Positions 29,265-41,436 of a DNA stretch of 64,000 nt are shown here, piece by piece. Positions within the stretch are counted from its first letter, which is position 1; each line of letters begins with the position of its first letter. The position numbers and the translations under genes were made by a program. The notes beneath the pieces were generated by a model. It worked only from the letters and a program-made list of their open reading frames with translations. It was not told the origin of the DNA and searched no databases. Source of the DNA: the human T2T-CHM13v2.0 reference genome, Homo sapiens; the NCBI RefSeq assembly GCF_009914755.1, contig NC_060927.1, one strand, 5' to 3'.

Positions 29265-30151
29265 TAGATTCCACCAGCTCTGATCTGTGCATATCAAAGC
29301 CTAAGGGCAATGCCAACTGGCTAAAGACAGGTATGCAGCCCTAATCTTGCATTTTGATTCATTTTCATTGCCTACCTATTAGTGTGTCTGAAAATAACAA
29401 GCTATCCTGCAACACAGTTGGTAATGATTTCTCTTCATGGACTGAGATAGTATTAGAGAGACCACAGTGAGAAACAGAGACTTCTAACCCACATGTACTC
29501 AGTGGCGCTTTCCTTGGACTCCATACATTCGGGTGAAAACTGACATTTTACATGGTTTTAAAGTCTTGACATTAAGTTTTATCTGAGGAGTTCTGAAATA
29601 GGGCCTAGTGAACCAGGGAGTATGTTTTAATACTACATGTACAGACTTGAGGCAGTTTGACTTGTGAATCTGCATTTTGAAGGCTGTATATAACTACCTC
29701 TCTCTCCCAAGTAATATTCACAGCTGAGAAACTAAATTCTGCAATATTGCATTCAGAGATTTTCTGAGGTTTTTATGCCCATGAAATCAACAATAGAAAA
29801 TTCAAGAGGGACATCTCTAAATTGGAATACACACTAAAGCAATAAAAAATGTTACTACTTACTCTATGGAGATTGATAAGGAAAAAAAAAAAGAGAAAGA
29901 AAGCATTCTAGGTCTGAATTTTACATACACATAGATTCCACCAGCCCTGGTCTGTAACCATGAAAACCTGAAGACATTGTCAATAGGCTAAAGAGGAGTG
30001 TGTAGCCTGAGTCTTGCCTTTTGATTCCTTTTTCCTGCCTGCTAGTGTGTCTGAAAATATTGGGCTATCCTGCAACAAAGTTGGTGATGATTACTCTTCA
30101 TGGAAATGCTCCTGGAATATCTGGGTGAGACAGCCCTAGTGAGACCACTGT
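29265..30151 (+). repeat. Diverged ~200-bp direct repeat pair (29265-29468 and 29932-30151)
   Basis: Shared colinear blocks TAGATTCCACCAGC, GGCTAAAGA, TAGTGTGTCTGAAAATA, GCTATCCTGCAACA, CTCTTCATGGA, GAGACCAC; start offset 667 bp. Confidence 0.9.
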
Positions 30152-30614
30152 ACATATGGAGTTGATTTTACATATTTGAAAAAACATTTATAAACCTTAC
30201 ATTTCTAATCTATTTTATCTATTATTGTTGGTAACCAGTTTTGGTATTTTTCTGTGTAAAGTAGGTTTCGAAGAGTGAATCCTCCCACTTACAACATAAC
30301 TCTAGGAGAAAAGAGTTTAACTTACAATGCTTTAAATTGCAATTATTGCTTATGAAGGAATAACTAAAAAATATGAGGTCATAATAGAAATATAATGGAC
30401 TAATAAGAAAATAGGACTCGTCATATCTAAAAGGAATTGCAAGGCAATTATAAGTAGATTCTAGAAAAGTTATATATATATATAGACACACACACATACA
30501 CAAAACACACATAATAAAAGAGGTAAAGATTGTTGACATGAAGAGATCTTCAACATGGATCAATGATAAGGTTATCAAGGATAACACACTGGATACTCTT
30601 AGGAAATTGCTCAT

Positions 30615-30714
30615 CCCAGGAGGCAGAGGTTGCAGTGAGCCGAGATCATGCCACTGCACTCCAGCCTGGGCGACACAGTGAGACTCCATCTCAAAAAAAA
30701 AAAAAAAAAAAAAA
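30615..30714 (+). mobile_element. 5'-truncated Alu (last ~80 bp plus A22 tail)
   Basis: CCCAGGAGGCAGAGGTTGCAGTGAGCCGAGATC...CCATCTC then polyA; no TSD visible. Confidence 0.9.
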
Positions 30715-31048
30715 GGTTCAGTAATAATGGCTTGGATTTGATCCCATTTTGGCTTCTCCTATTATTTTTCTATGTGCTCAATTCCCTTGTAGCCATTGAG
30801 AAGAGGCTCAGGAAAATTCCACAGCAGTATGGTTGGGAAAGTGCCCAGTAAATAATAGGTTTTGTCATATAGAGGTTCCATGTTTCTCATATATGTTATA
30901 ATATCTTGACCAGGTAATATACTTTCCTATTTAACTTAATTATGAAAACAGTCATTGTCAAGTTTAGGTCTTTCCTGTACAATTCTAATGAGACAAAACA
31001 AAGTAGCATTTTTTCATTTTGTGTTCTGACCTGGTCTTCACCTGAAAT

Positions 31049-31051
<3 letters not shown>

Positions 31052-31108
<57 letters not shown>
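31052..31108. repeat. Compound microsatellite (TA)~21(CA)~7
   Basis: Directly visible. Confidence 0.95.
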
Positions 31109-33074
31109 TATAAAATGTATATTCTACTTTTAATAGAAATACACAATTCAAAACCACATTTGTTCCTATGAAAATTCTCTACTACTTTAAACTGCCAAGA
31201 TATCAAGATATTATTTTCTATTTTCCATCCCTTTTTTGAAGCTGTGTCTTTGTAATCCTAATGTCTTAAAAAATAACACACACATGCACACACACACATG
31301 TGCACACACACACACACAAATATACATAGACTTTATCCGACAGACATCTGAATTATATGAAACCTGTAGTCTATATAATGAAGTCAAACTTCTTTTGAGC
31401 TCGCATTTTTGTGAGCTACACATAACTGACTTTATTAATCATTATTTCTATGGAAATTCTTAATAAGAAAACAATAGGTAGTACTTTTTTTTAATTATCA
31501 AATTCCAAATTGTTAACTTTGGGTTTAGTGAGAAATAATTTAGTTCTGCCATCTTACTGACCTTGGAGTGGTGGAATATTTTGGAAGAGAAATATATGTG
31601 TCCATCATACCTAATATATATGATAAATTGTGTATATATGCATACATATATAATGTGTATGCTGAAGACATTTCTACGTAGTTTTAATATGTTAAGCTTC
31701 TGACTTTATTTGCATATTTTGAGTAGAATATATTTGGGTAAAATTTTGCATTAATTTTGTTTTATTCCTGAAGAAAAAAAAAAACGTTGTAAAGGATATG
31801 TTGGATGGTGCCTTAAAATGGGATAATTTGCACTCTGAGTTCCTACAGGAAAAGAAAAAATCTTCATGGAGTTTCTAGGCAGTAACTCTGTTTTGGGATG
31901 ATATTGTTAAAACATTTTAATAGCTAAGAAATAAAAATATTCAGAAGATGTTAACATTTTAGAAGGTTTTGCTATGGTTTATGTATACTTTCTAATGGGA
32001 ACGTTATAAATTATTTTGAATAATTTGTTCCAAAGCACTTTATTATATTAAAAAAGAACCTCCATAAAAAGATGTGCTTCTTCTTCTATTTCACTGAAAA
32101 TAACTTTTTCCTCTTTTGCACTTAAATTCTCAGTTTTATATTGTCATAATGCTTTACTTTGTATTACCTCTTGAAGTGCTTCATGATCATATAATTGGGA
32201 CTAAATAGAAAGTAAATGCACCTAAGCTGAATGGTTGCTGCTCACCAACTACATAATTATTGTCAGGGAGGTTAAAATGCAGAATGTCTGTCAACTTTAA
32301 AAGAAGTACACATGGAGGGCAGTGGTGGGTAAGATGGAAATCACAGCTGGAGGTAATGATTACTCTGAGTGTCTTGCTACAGCAAACATAGCATTTAGAA
32401 ATTCATGAACATTCCTTTTAAATGTTGAAAACTCTTTGCAAAACAAACCATACATTAACTAAAGCACTGATGACTGCACTGCCTACACACTAAGCCACCC
32501 ATAATTTTGGGAAAGGTTATTTCTATGCAACTTCAAAAGAAACAACTATGAATCTTTTATTTCAGAAATTGGCTTTGGTGACAAATAAGTTTGAGATACA
32601 TAATACATATAGTTCTGCTTCTCTGACATTTAATATGCAGTGCCATGCCACATAATTTTCTTGTTTACTTTCTAAACTTAAGGGTAACATATATCCAAGA
32701 TTATATATCCTTTCCAATATATATCCAATATATAAAAATGTGGTCGTACATTGCTAAATAAGGCACAGTTCATGAGTGATACTTTCTGGAGTCTCTCATT
32801 AAACATTAATCGCCCCAGACTCGCTGTTTTTAAATCAATTTGGGTTAGTAAGCCCCTGTTTATGGGAGAATAATTAACCCTCTAGTTTATTCAATAAGGA
32901 AGTAGGTTTTCTCACATCCATTCCTGTCCACATGCTCCTCTGCTGTTCTGGCTGCTACATGAGTAGCTTTCACTGTACACTCCATTGTCCCCCGTAACAC
33001 AGGAAGGCATCCTCCTGAGTTAGCAGTAACTGAAGGATAAAGATGAACAAACCACAATTTCTTTCATTCTCCCA

Positions 33075-33128
33075 ACTCCTGGTAAGTGGTCAATAAATGT
33101 TTTTAGATGAATGAATGAATGAATGAGT
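33075..33128 (+). mobile_element. L2 3' terminus
   Basis: GGTCAATAAATGTTTTTAGATGAATGAATGAATGAATG. Confidence 0.6.
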
Positions 33129-33537
33129 GAGTACCTTTATTTTTCAAAATGCTACCATGCAATGCTACTGGGCTTCACTAAGAAGTGGTGTGGATTTTTG
33201 GCCTTCTCTTCATTTACCAACTCCTTTTCAAGTAAGATCTTAAGACTTCTCTGTCTCAGAAATGAGAATCCATTGCAAATTGCTGTACCCCTTGTAGACA
33301 CAAAAGCTCTGCAGAATCTTGGAAAACACCGCTTTTGCGTCCTAGAGTGAAGATCGCACCCTGCAGAGAGGTCTGAGCGTAATGGTTGCACTGAGATGAT
33401 TGCTCTTTTCCTTAGGCTATTAATCATTTGTTTTATTCAAGTTTTATATCAATAAATACCTAAATAATGTCAATGTTTAATTGTTTACAATTCTGATAAT
33501 GAGAAAGAAAATGAAAGGGAGGTGTAAAGGGAAAATA

Positions 33538-33720
33538 ATTTGTACTGAGTGTGTCTATATCAAGTCACTATTATCCCTGGGAGTCATAGGGGTTATCGTT
33601 CCCTTTTCAAGAAAAATAATAAGATTACAGAAAGCAACTTGCATAAGCCCTCAGACTCATGACTCTCAGAGCCAGAATTGGAACCCAGGAGTGTCTAACT
33701 CTAAACAGTGTTCTTTCCGT
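33538..33720 (-). mobile_element. MIR SINE
   Basis: ...CAGAGCCAGAATTGGAACCCAGGAGTGTCTAACTCTAAA, antisense MIR 5' region. Confidence 0.55.
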
Positions 33721-34144
33721 AATACAACATTTCTCTAATGTCTTGAAAAAGTGAGATAAACAATAGTCATTTGGAGCCAAAGGGTAGTTATTGCATAAGA
33801 CCTGAGTAGGAAACATGGGCATTTTGGATTTCAGCCTTCAAAGAATGAAAATCTTGGGGAAATGAAAGCAGAGAGGTGGTGCTGGCCAGAGAAGATCTTG
33901 CAAATTGAGCAGTTATGACTATTTTTCTGGTGTCAGATGATTTTTCACTGAAATCACTTGCAGAAGTCTTTGGAGTATTTTGGCTTCCTGATGTCAAGTT
34001 GGAATTGTAAAACTCGGTTATAAAATAACTACCATGGAGTTGTGATGATCAATTGAAATATGTTTGAGAGAGTAATATGAAAACTAAAAGAAACCACCGA
34101 AATACTGTTCAGATATACTTGCACTAGTTTGGAAGGCTGCAAAT

Positions 34145-34340
34145 CAAAGTCCATTCAGGTTTAGTCTCTCGTAAGAATATATCTACTATATATTGATATA
34201 TATCTAATATTTAATATTATATATCTAATTTAATATAATTTAATATTATATATCTAATATCTAATATTATATACATAATATATAACATACAAATGTATGT
34301 TAATATATTCTTGCAAGAGACTAAACCTGAATGGACTTTG
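34145..34340. repeat. Inverted repeat, 38-bp arms (36/38 complementary), 120-bp AT-rich spacer
   Basis: CAAAGTCCATTCAGGTTTAGTCTCTCGTAAGAATATAT (34145-34182) vs ATATATTCTTGCAAGAGACTAAACCTGAATGGACTTTG (34303-34340). Confidence 0.95.
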
Positions 34341-34372
34341 TACATATATATATATTAGATTTTAGAAATCAT

Positions 34373-34610
34373 CAGAGGTTTTTCCCAAATACTGCTCTAA
34401 GGAGACCTGGGATGCAAGTACATGTTATAGGTTGCATGGTCAAACATGTTTGGGAAGCATGGAGTTAAACAGTTTACAGAGAACCTTCAATGTGCCAATG
34501 TGCACTGTGAATCTCTCAAGGCTAGGAACCATTGTTTGCCAGAATTCTTTGACCCTGGACCCTTCATGCTTAAAGAATCACTGAAGAGATAAGTGGTTTC
34601 CAAAATCAAC
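34373..34610. mobile_element. Probable old hAT/Charlie-type fragment
   Basis: CAGAGGTTTTTCCCAAA start; AAACATGTTTGGGAAGCATGGAGTTAAAC; GTGCACTGTGAATCTCTCAAG. Confidence 0.35.
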
Positions 34611-37600
34611 AGAACTTCATGTCACATATTCAAAACATTAAAATCTCAACTAACAAAGAGCTTATTTTCCCCTAGAAACACATCATGAGCTGATTAATAT
34701 TTTACTGTATAAATATTGGGCCCCGTTTCACATGTATGTTGGCAAAACTCTTTCCAAACAGTCTTTTGTAATTTGCTGACTTATGATTACAAAATCCGTC
34801 TTCCCTTTTGCTGCTCAGAGTTGAGTTCCCACCTCCCTGCTGATTGCAATGCAAATGTTTAAGGTTATACTCACATATGCGAGAAATCCTTATTCTGATA
34901 TGTTAGGGAACTGGAGAATAGAATCTCCAACTTTCGGATGAAAAATATTACCCTTTTTCTTTCCTCTGTAATAAGGTCTTATAAATGGCAACATCTTTTA
35001 AAAATTTCTCACAACGCAGTAGGTTTTTCTATACCAGCACACACGGCTAGCTAGCATCCACAGAACCTACTTTGAGAAATGCCATTCTATTCCAATGATA
35101 CTACTTTTCAGAGGAGAAAAATAAAATGTAGAATATGTAAGTCATTTTCTCAAAGTAAACACAAGTGACATCTCTGTTGAGGAGTAGCTATCACTTCAGA
35201 GGGACCATAAGAACTCCCTTCAATTTGCATACTCTTTTACAAAGCAAAATTAATATTCAAATGATGTAAAGGAGAATATGGTCCTAGTTCTAAAGGATGA
35301 AACCATTACTCTGTCAGCCTATACCCAAACTGAAATTTTCCCAAATATGTATTTCTGAGCTGGAAAAAAAAAAGACTTGTCTGGAGGAATCCGGAAAGAA
35401 ATGTTATTTTATACAGTTCCCCAAAAGTTCTACCACCATATAATACCATGTAAATGAAATTGAAATGAAAAACTAGATTAATTATATATTGAACTAACTC
35501 ATGAAGGAATGTAAAGTGAGCACCCTCATGGTTTCTGAAGAATGTGTTTGTGGGTCAGCAATACTTACTAGTCCCCATAGGGCCTGCAAGAGTAGGCTCC
35601 ATTTTGAACACTATGGTTCATTAGTCAGTCTGCTTTCCTTCTTACTGATTGATGGGGTATTGCAATAACAAATACATAGGGAAAGAGTTTAGATTTATTT
35701 TTATTGCGTGGATTGAAAACATACAACTTTTTGCATACTGCTAATGCCTTTTTAATTTTCTTGTGACAAAATTATGATATACCACACAAGCTTCACAGTT
35801 CTAGGATAATTCACAGCTGAAGATTTACTTTAGGAAACAAAACAGTAGTATGATGAGATGGAGGCTACTGAGAGAGATGGAGTTACTTCACTTAAAAATA
35901 TTTAGTTGGTTTAAAATTTTTAATATGTAGATATTTCATACAGCAGAATTTTCAGAAAATGATATTTTTATTTATGGGACAATGTTGACCCCACATCTTT
36001 CCTCTGCTGCACAGATGAATGGTCAGTCTGCAAGATGCTTCAAAAATAATGAACACATATAAAAGACATATCCTTAAATTCGAACTCGAGCCTGCCCTCC
36101 TGTCCTTTTCTTTTATTGGTTGATTATTTATGTCCATTTCATTATCCCAATATCAATTCCCTCTACATCAGAAACTTTGTTTACACTGAGCTCTGAGGAG
36201 GATCTACCAGCTCAGTCGACTGCGACTCTGATGCTGTAACATCCAATGACATAGATATAAAATCTCCCACATATTCTCAACCTGACAACTCTAGGAAAGG
36301 ACATTCTATTGATGTCTTCTGAAGGCAAGGGATAGATCTCTAATTTCAATGCTTACTGCTTGATGCTATGAGAATTTGCCAACCTCTCCACCAGTGTCTC
36401 TCCTCAAGTCAGTGGTTTCTCTTTGGTGTGGCCATTCTTTCAGCTGCCCAGAATCACACTGTGGCACCCCATTTTTCACTATTCCCTATCCCTATCCCAT
36501 TTATCTCATGTGTTTGTTCATTCATCATCCATTTACTGAGGAGTTATTATGTTCTATAGTACTGTTTAAGACTGAGAGATTTTAGAGAGAAAAAGCAAAT
36601 TTTGATCTTAATGAGTCCTGGCGACTGTCTGTGCTTCAGGTGATCCCATCCACAGTGAAAGTTCATCCAGTCTTGGTTCTGATTACCATAATTCAGCTGT
36701 TTGGTTTCCTATGCAGGATGTTAACCCTTTATATAACAATTTTTTTTTGCATAATTCACTACTTCAAGTACAGCTGTTTCTCACTCGTATGTGTCAAATA
36801 AATCAGCACCTAAAATGTTTCTCATGGATATAATCTTTCAGATAAAAAGGCAAGTATTATTTCATACACCTCTTTAATTATTCTAACCCGTCATGTTCAG
36901 AAATAGAAAATCTTGAGTTAGTATGTATTGAAATAAATAACACTGTTAAACTTATTCTTATGACCCATGCTTCATTAGCACAATGTTGTAAAATATCCCA
37001 AATGCTTTGCAAGTTGAGCTGCACAATAACTTAAAACATGGATTGGATTTTATAGATTAGTACATGACACTATCATTTGTCCAGATTTCTGTGAATACAC
37101 AACAGTAATACCAACATTAGAATTAAACTTTAGAAATATATTTATTAGAGTAGAAACATTAACAAAATATTGATAGACACTGGCATTTAGGATTATATTA
37201 ATCTGTTATCCAAACTCTTATAAGACTAAGTTAATTCAAAGACATACTCTAAATTATTTGATGTATATATTACTTTATAAATTATTTGATTTGTATATTA
37301 ATTTATAAATCATAGCATATCAGTCACAGGACTGTAAACATCCTAACAGGTTACTATATGTATTTGCAGGGTCAGCTGAGTTGTCAATATGCTAATTAGC
37401 CACAATGAAATTCATACCTATATTCTTTTGACCCACTATTTCTTTGAAGTGCAGCTAAACATTTATTATCGTTGTCTTCAAATAGACCGTAAACATTGTC
37501 TCTCAGTTCTACTACATTTCACAAGATAACTCCTCATGCTTCTTTTTGGATTTTCCAAAGGAACATATTTTTACTGGGGTAAATGTTTTGTAATGTGTGA

Positions 37601-38248
37601 ATCTTAAGTGTGTAATAATGAGTTCTGACAGATGTAACCATCATCCCAATAAAGACATAGAGCATTTCCATTACTTTCTCCACTAGTTGTGCTCCTGGCT
37701 CCCATAGGCAGCCACAGTTATGATTTCTATAGTTATAAATTATTTTTGCCTGTTCTTGAACTTCATATAGTGGAATCATAAAATATGCAGTCTTTCTTTT
37801 GCTTTATTTTATGTAATATCTGTTTGTGATATTCAAGCATGATATTGCATGTATCAAAATTTAATTTTTTTTAATTGCTGTAAAACATTTCATTGAATAA
37901 ATATATCATGATTTGTATATCCATTCTCCTGTTGATGGATTTTTCCAGTTTTTGGCCATTATGGGTTTTTCTAGTTTTTGGCTATTATGACTAAAGCTGC
38001 TATAAAAGTTCTTTTACAAATCTTTTTGTATAAATATTTAGGACTGGAATTTTCAGGTTATGTGTTGAATATATATTTAACATTATAACAAATTTACAAT
38101 TTTCCAAGTTGGTTGAATGATATTACACTCCGCTTGAATGTGTTAACATTTCACTTGTATCACATCGTTGTGAATATTTGGTGTTCATAGTGTGTAAAGT
38201 GGTTTATCATTGTGAATTTAATTTTCATTTTCCTAAGAATAAATATAT

Positions 38249-38394
38249 TATCTGTTTATGTACTTATTGACTATTTACTTATATGCAAATATTGATATTG
38301 GAATATTTACACATGTGTAAATATTCTATATATATAAATATTTAATATTCAATGTTACATATAGGTAAATAGTCAATAAGTACATAAACAGATA
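38249..38394. repeat. Inverted repeat (37-bp arms, 36/37) enclosing a perfect 26-bp palindrome
   Basis: Arms 38249-38285 and 38358-38394; inner palindrome GAATATTTACACATGTGTAAATATTC at 38301-38326. Confidence 0.95.
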
Positions 38395-38535
38395 TGTTCC
38401 TCTTTAAGGAATGTTTATTATCTTTGTTTTTAAATAGACCTTAAAAGATAATATACGTTTAGCTGTACCCCAAAGGAATAGTGCATCAAAAGAATATAGG
38501 TATGAATTTCATTGTGCCTAATTAGCATATTGACA

Positions 38536-38580
38536 TCTCTCTATATATTCTCTCTCTCATATATATGTATGTGTGTGTGC

Positions 38581-38626
<46 letters not shown>

Positions 38627-38650
38627 ATATATACATACACATAGCCAGAG
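38536..38650. repeat. Compound (CT)/(TA)/(TG)n microsatellite at the Alu tail; pure (TG)~17 at 38588-38622
   Basis: Directly visible. Confidence 0.9.
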
Positions 38651-38930
<280 letters not shown>

Positions 38931-40818
38931 TAAAATGTCTGTTCAAGTATTTTATGCATCTTTAAATTGTTTTCTTGTTCAGTTGCAAGTGTTCTTTAGT
39001 GTATTCTGGGTGCAAGTATTTTGCTGGTCACTTGTGCTGAGAGTATTTTCTCCCAATTTGCACTTTACTGTTCATTTTTGTGTCATTTGATAAACAGAAG
39101 TTTTTAATATGATGAAATCCAGATTATATTTTTCATTTATCTTTAGTGTTTTACATCCTTACTAAGAAAGTTTTGCCTATGTCAAGATTCTTTTAACTTT
39201 TATATTGCTCATTATGTCAATGATCAGCTTAACATCAGTTTGGAGAATGGTGTAACATTCTTTCCCTCATACATATATCTACTTGTTCTGCCAAAATTTA
39301 TTTAAAAAGACTTTCCTTTTCTTCATTGAAATTCCTCTGTATTTTTTTAATAATAATTGACCGTATATATGAGTCAGTTTCTGAAATCTCGTTTCTGTTT
39401 CATTGATCTGTTTATTCCCATATCCATACTGCATTATCTTTATTACTGTAATTTTATAATATATATTGAAATCAGGTAGCAGCAGTTCTCCCATTTTATT
39501 ATTTTTTAAATTAAAAAAATGTTTTTTGCTCATCTAAATCCTTTGAGTTCCATATAGTCAGCTTACAGATTAAAAAAAATCTTGTTGGAATTTTGCTTGC
39601 ATTACATCTGTAGACCAATTTGAGAAAAAATGACATATTAAAATATCGAGTCCTCTGATCCATGAACCTGATAGAACTCTCCATACATTTCAGTATTTTA
39701 AAATTTGTCTCAGGAATGTTTTGGAGTTCTTGGTGCAGAAGAGATCTTACCTGTAATTTGTTAAGTTTATTTTCATTATTTTATGATTTTGTTGATATTA
39801 TTTTGTTAATTTCATTTTAAAATTATTATTAGCTTATAGAAATATAATTGGTTTTTGTTTATTGGCACTTTATAGTGTAACTGCTAAATTTGTTTATTAG
39901 TGCTGACAGATTTTTCTTTCATTATTTGAGATTTTTAGGTACTCATGTTATTTCTGAATAAAAACAGGATGGAGCTTTAGTACAATGTTGAATAGAAGTG
40001 GTGAGAGGAAATATCCTTTCCTTTTTCCCAGTCTTAGAGGTGGAGTGCCCAATTAAATGGATGTTCAATCTTTTTCAAACACTTTTTCTGCATATATAAA
40101 AGTGATAACATGGTTTTTCTTTTTTAATTAATCTGTTAATATGGTAAATTACCTATTGATTTTAGCATGCTAATTCACCTTGCCTTCCTGAGAGAAACCC
40201 CACCTTGTCATTGTGTACACTGTTTATTTAAATTGCTAAATTTTATTTCCTAATATTGCATTAAGATTTTCCATCTATATAAAAAAGTAGAGATTAATAA
40301 TATTTTTCCTTGACTTGTTTTATGTCAGTCTTTGGTTTCAGGTTGATGCTTATTTCACAAAATGAGTTGAGAAGTGTTATTTCCTTCTCTATTGTTTGAA
40401 AAGGTTCAAGTAAGATTGTTATTTATTTTTCAAATATTTACTGTAATTCACCAGTGAAATTATCTTGGCTTGGAGTTTTTTATGGGAAGGTTTTAGTTAC
40501 AAGTTCAATTTCCTTAGTGGAAATAGAGATATATGTGTGTACACACATATATATTTTATATTAGTTTTGCCAAGTTGTCCTTTCCAAAGAATTCATGCTT
40601 GCCACCTAAGTTTTAAAATTTCTTGGCATACTATTTTTATAAAGTTGTTTTATTTATAAAGAATTTTATTCTATAAAGTTCAAAGAATTTACATTAATGT
40701 CCCCTTTTTATATTTACTATTGACATTTTGTGTTTTTTTAATTTTGGTCAGTCTTATTAGGTGTTTGTCATTTGTATGACAAAAGCTATTAAAAAAAACA
40801 AAGTTTGTTTTTGTCTCA

Positions 40819-41436
40819 TGTATTACTTTTTTATTGCTGCCATAATAAATTATTACAATCATAACAACTTAACCTCTCATTTATTTTCTCTGTGTTTCCA
40901 TGGATCAGAAATCAGGGTACAGCATGACTAACCTGGTTCACAGCTTGGTTCCACAAGGCTCAAATCTGTGGGCTGACTGGACCGTGATCTGCTCCAGAGA
41001 CTCTGGGAAAAAATTCACTCCCAAGCTCATTTAGCTTGTTGGCAGAATTTAGTTCCTTGTGATTATCTAGCTGAGATCCTCTATTTATTTACTGGCTGTT
41101 ACTAGAAACCTCTCTAATCTCCAAAGTGTGCCTGCATTCCATGTCACATTGCACATCTCAAATCAGCAATGATGTGTGGAGTCCTTCTCAAGCTTCTAGT
41201 CTCTTTGGCTTCCACTTAGCCACATCTCTCTGACTCCAGTTGGAAAAAAATTTCTGTTTTTAAGGTCTCAAGAATTAAATTAGACCCACCTTGATAACCC
41301 AAGAAAATTTCGTCATTCTAAGGTCTATCATTGTCCTTATATCTGCAAAATCACTTTTATCATACAAGGTCATAGAGTCACAGATATCCAAGATTAGGGG
41401 ATAGATACCTTTGGGGACATCATTCTGCCTACTATA
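40819..41436 (-). mobile_element. MaLR solo LTR (MLT1D/E-like)
   Basis: TGTATTACTTTTTTATTGCTGCCATAATAAATTA ... TTGTTGGCAGAATTTAGTTCCTTG ... TTGGGGACATCATTCTGCCTACTATA. Confidence 0.85.

Noticed and set aside
30222-30689. 155-aa minus-strand ORF
   Set aside because: Starts in an antisense Alu and continues through low-complexity T-rich sequence
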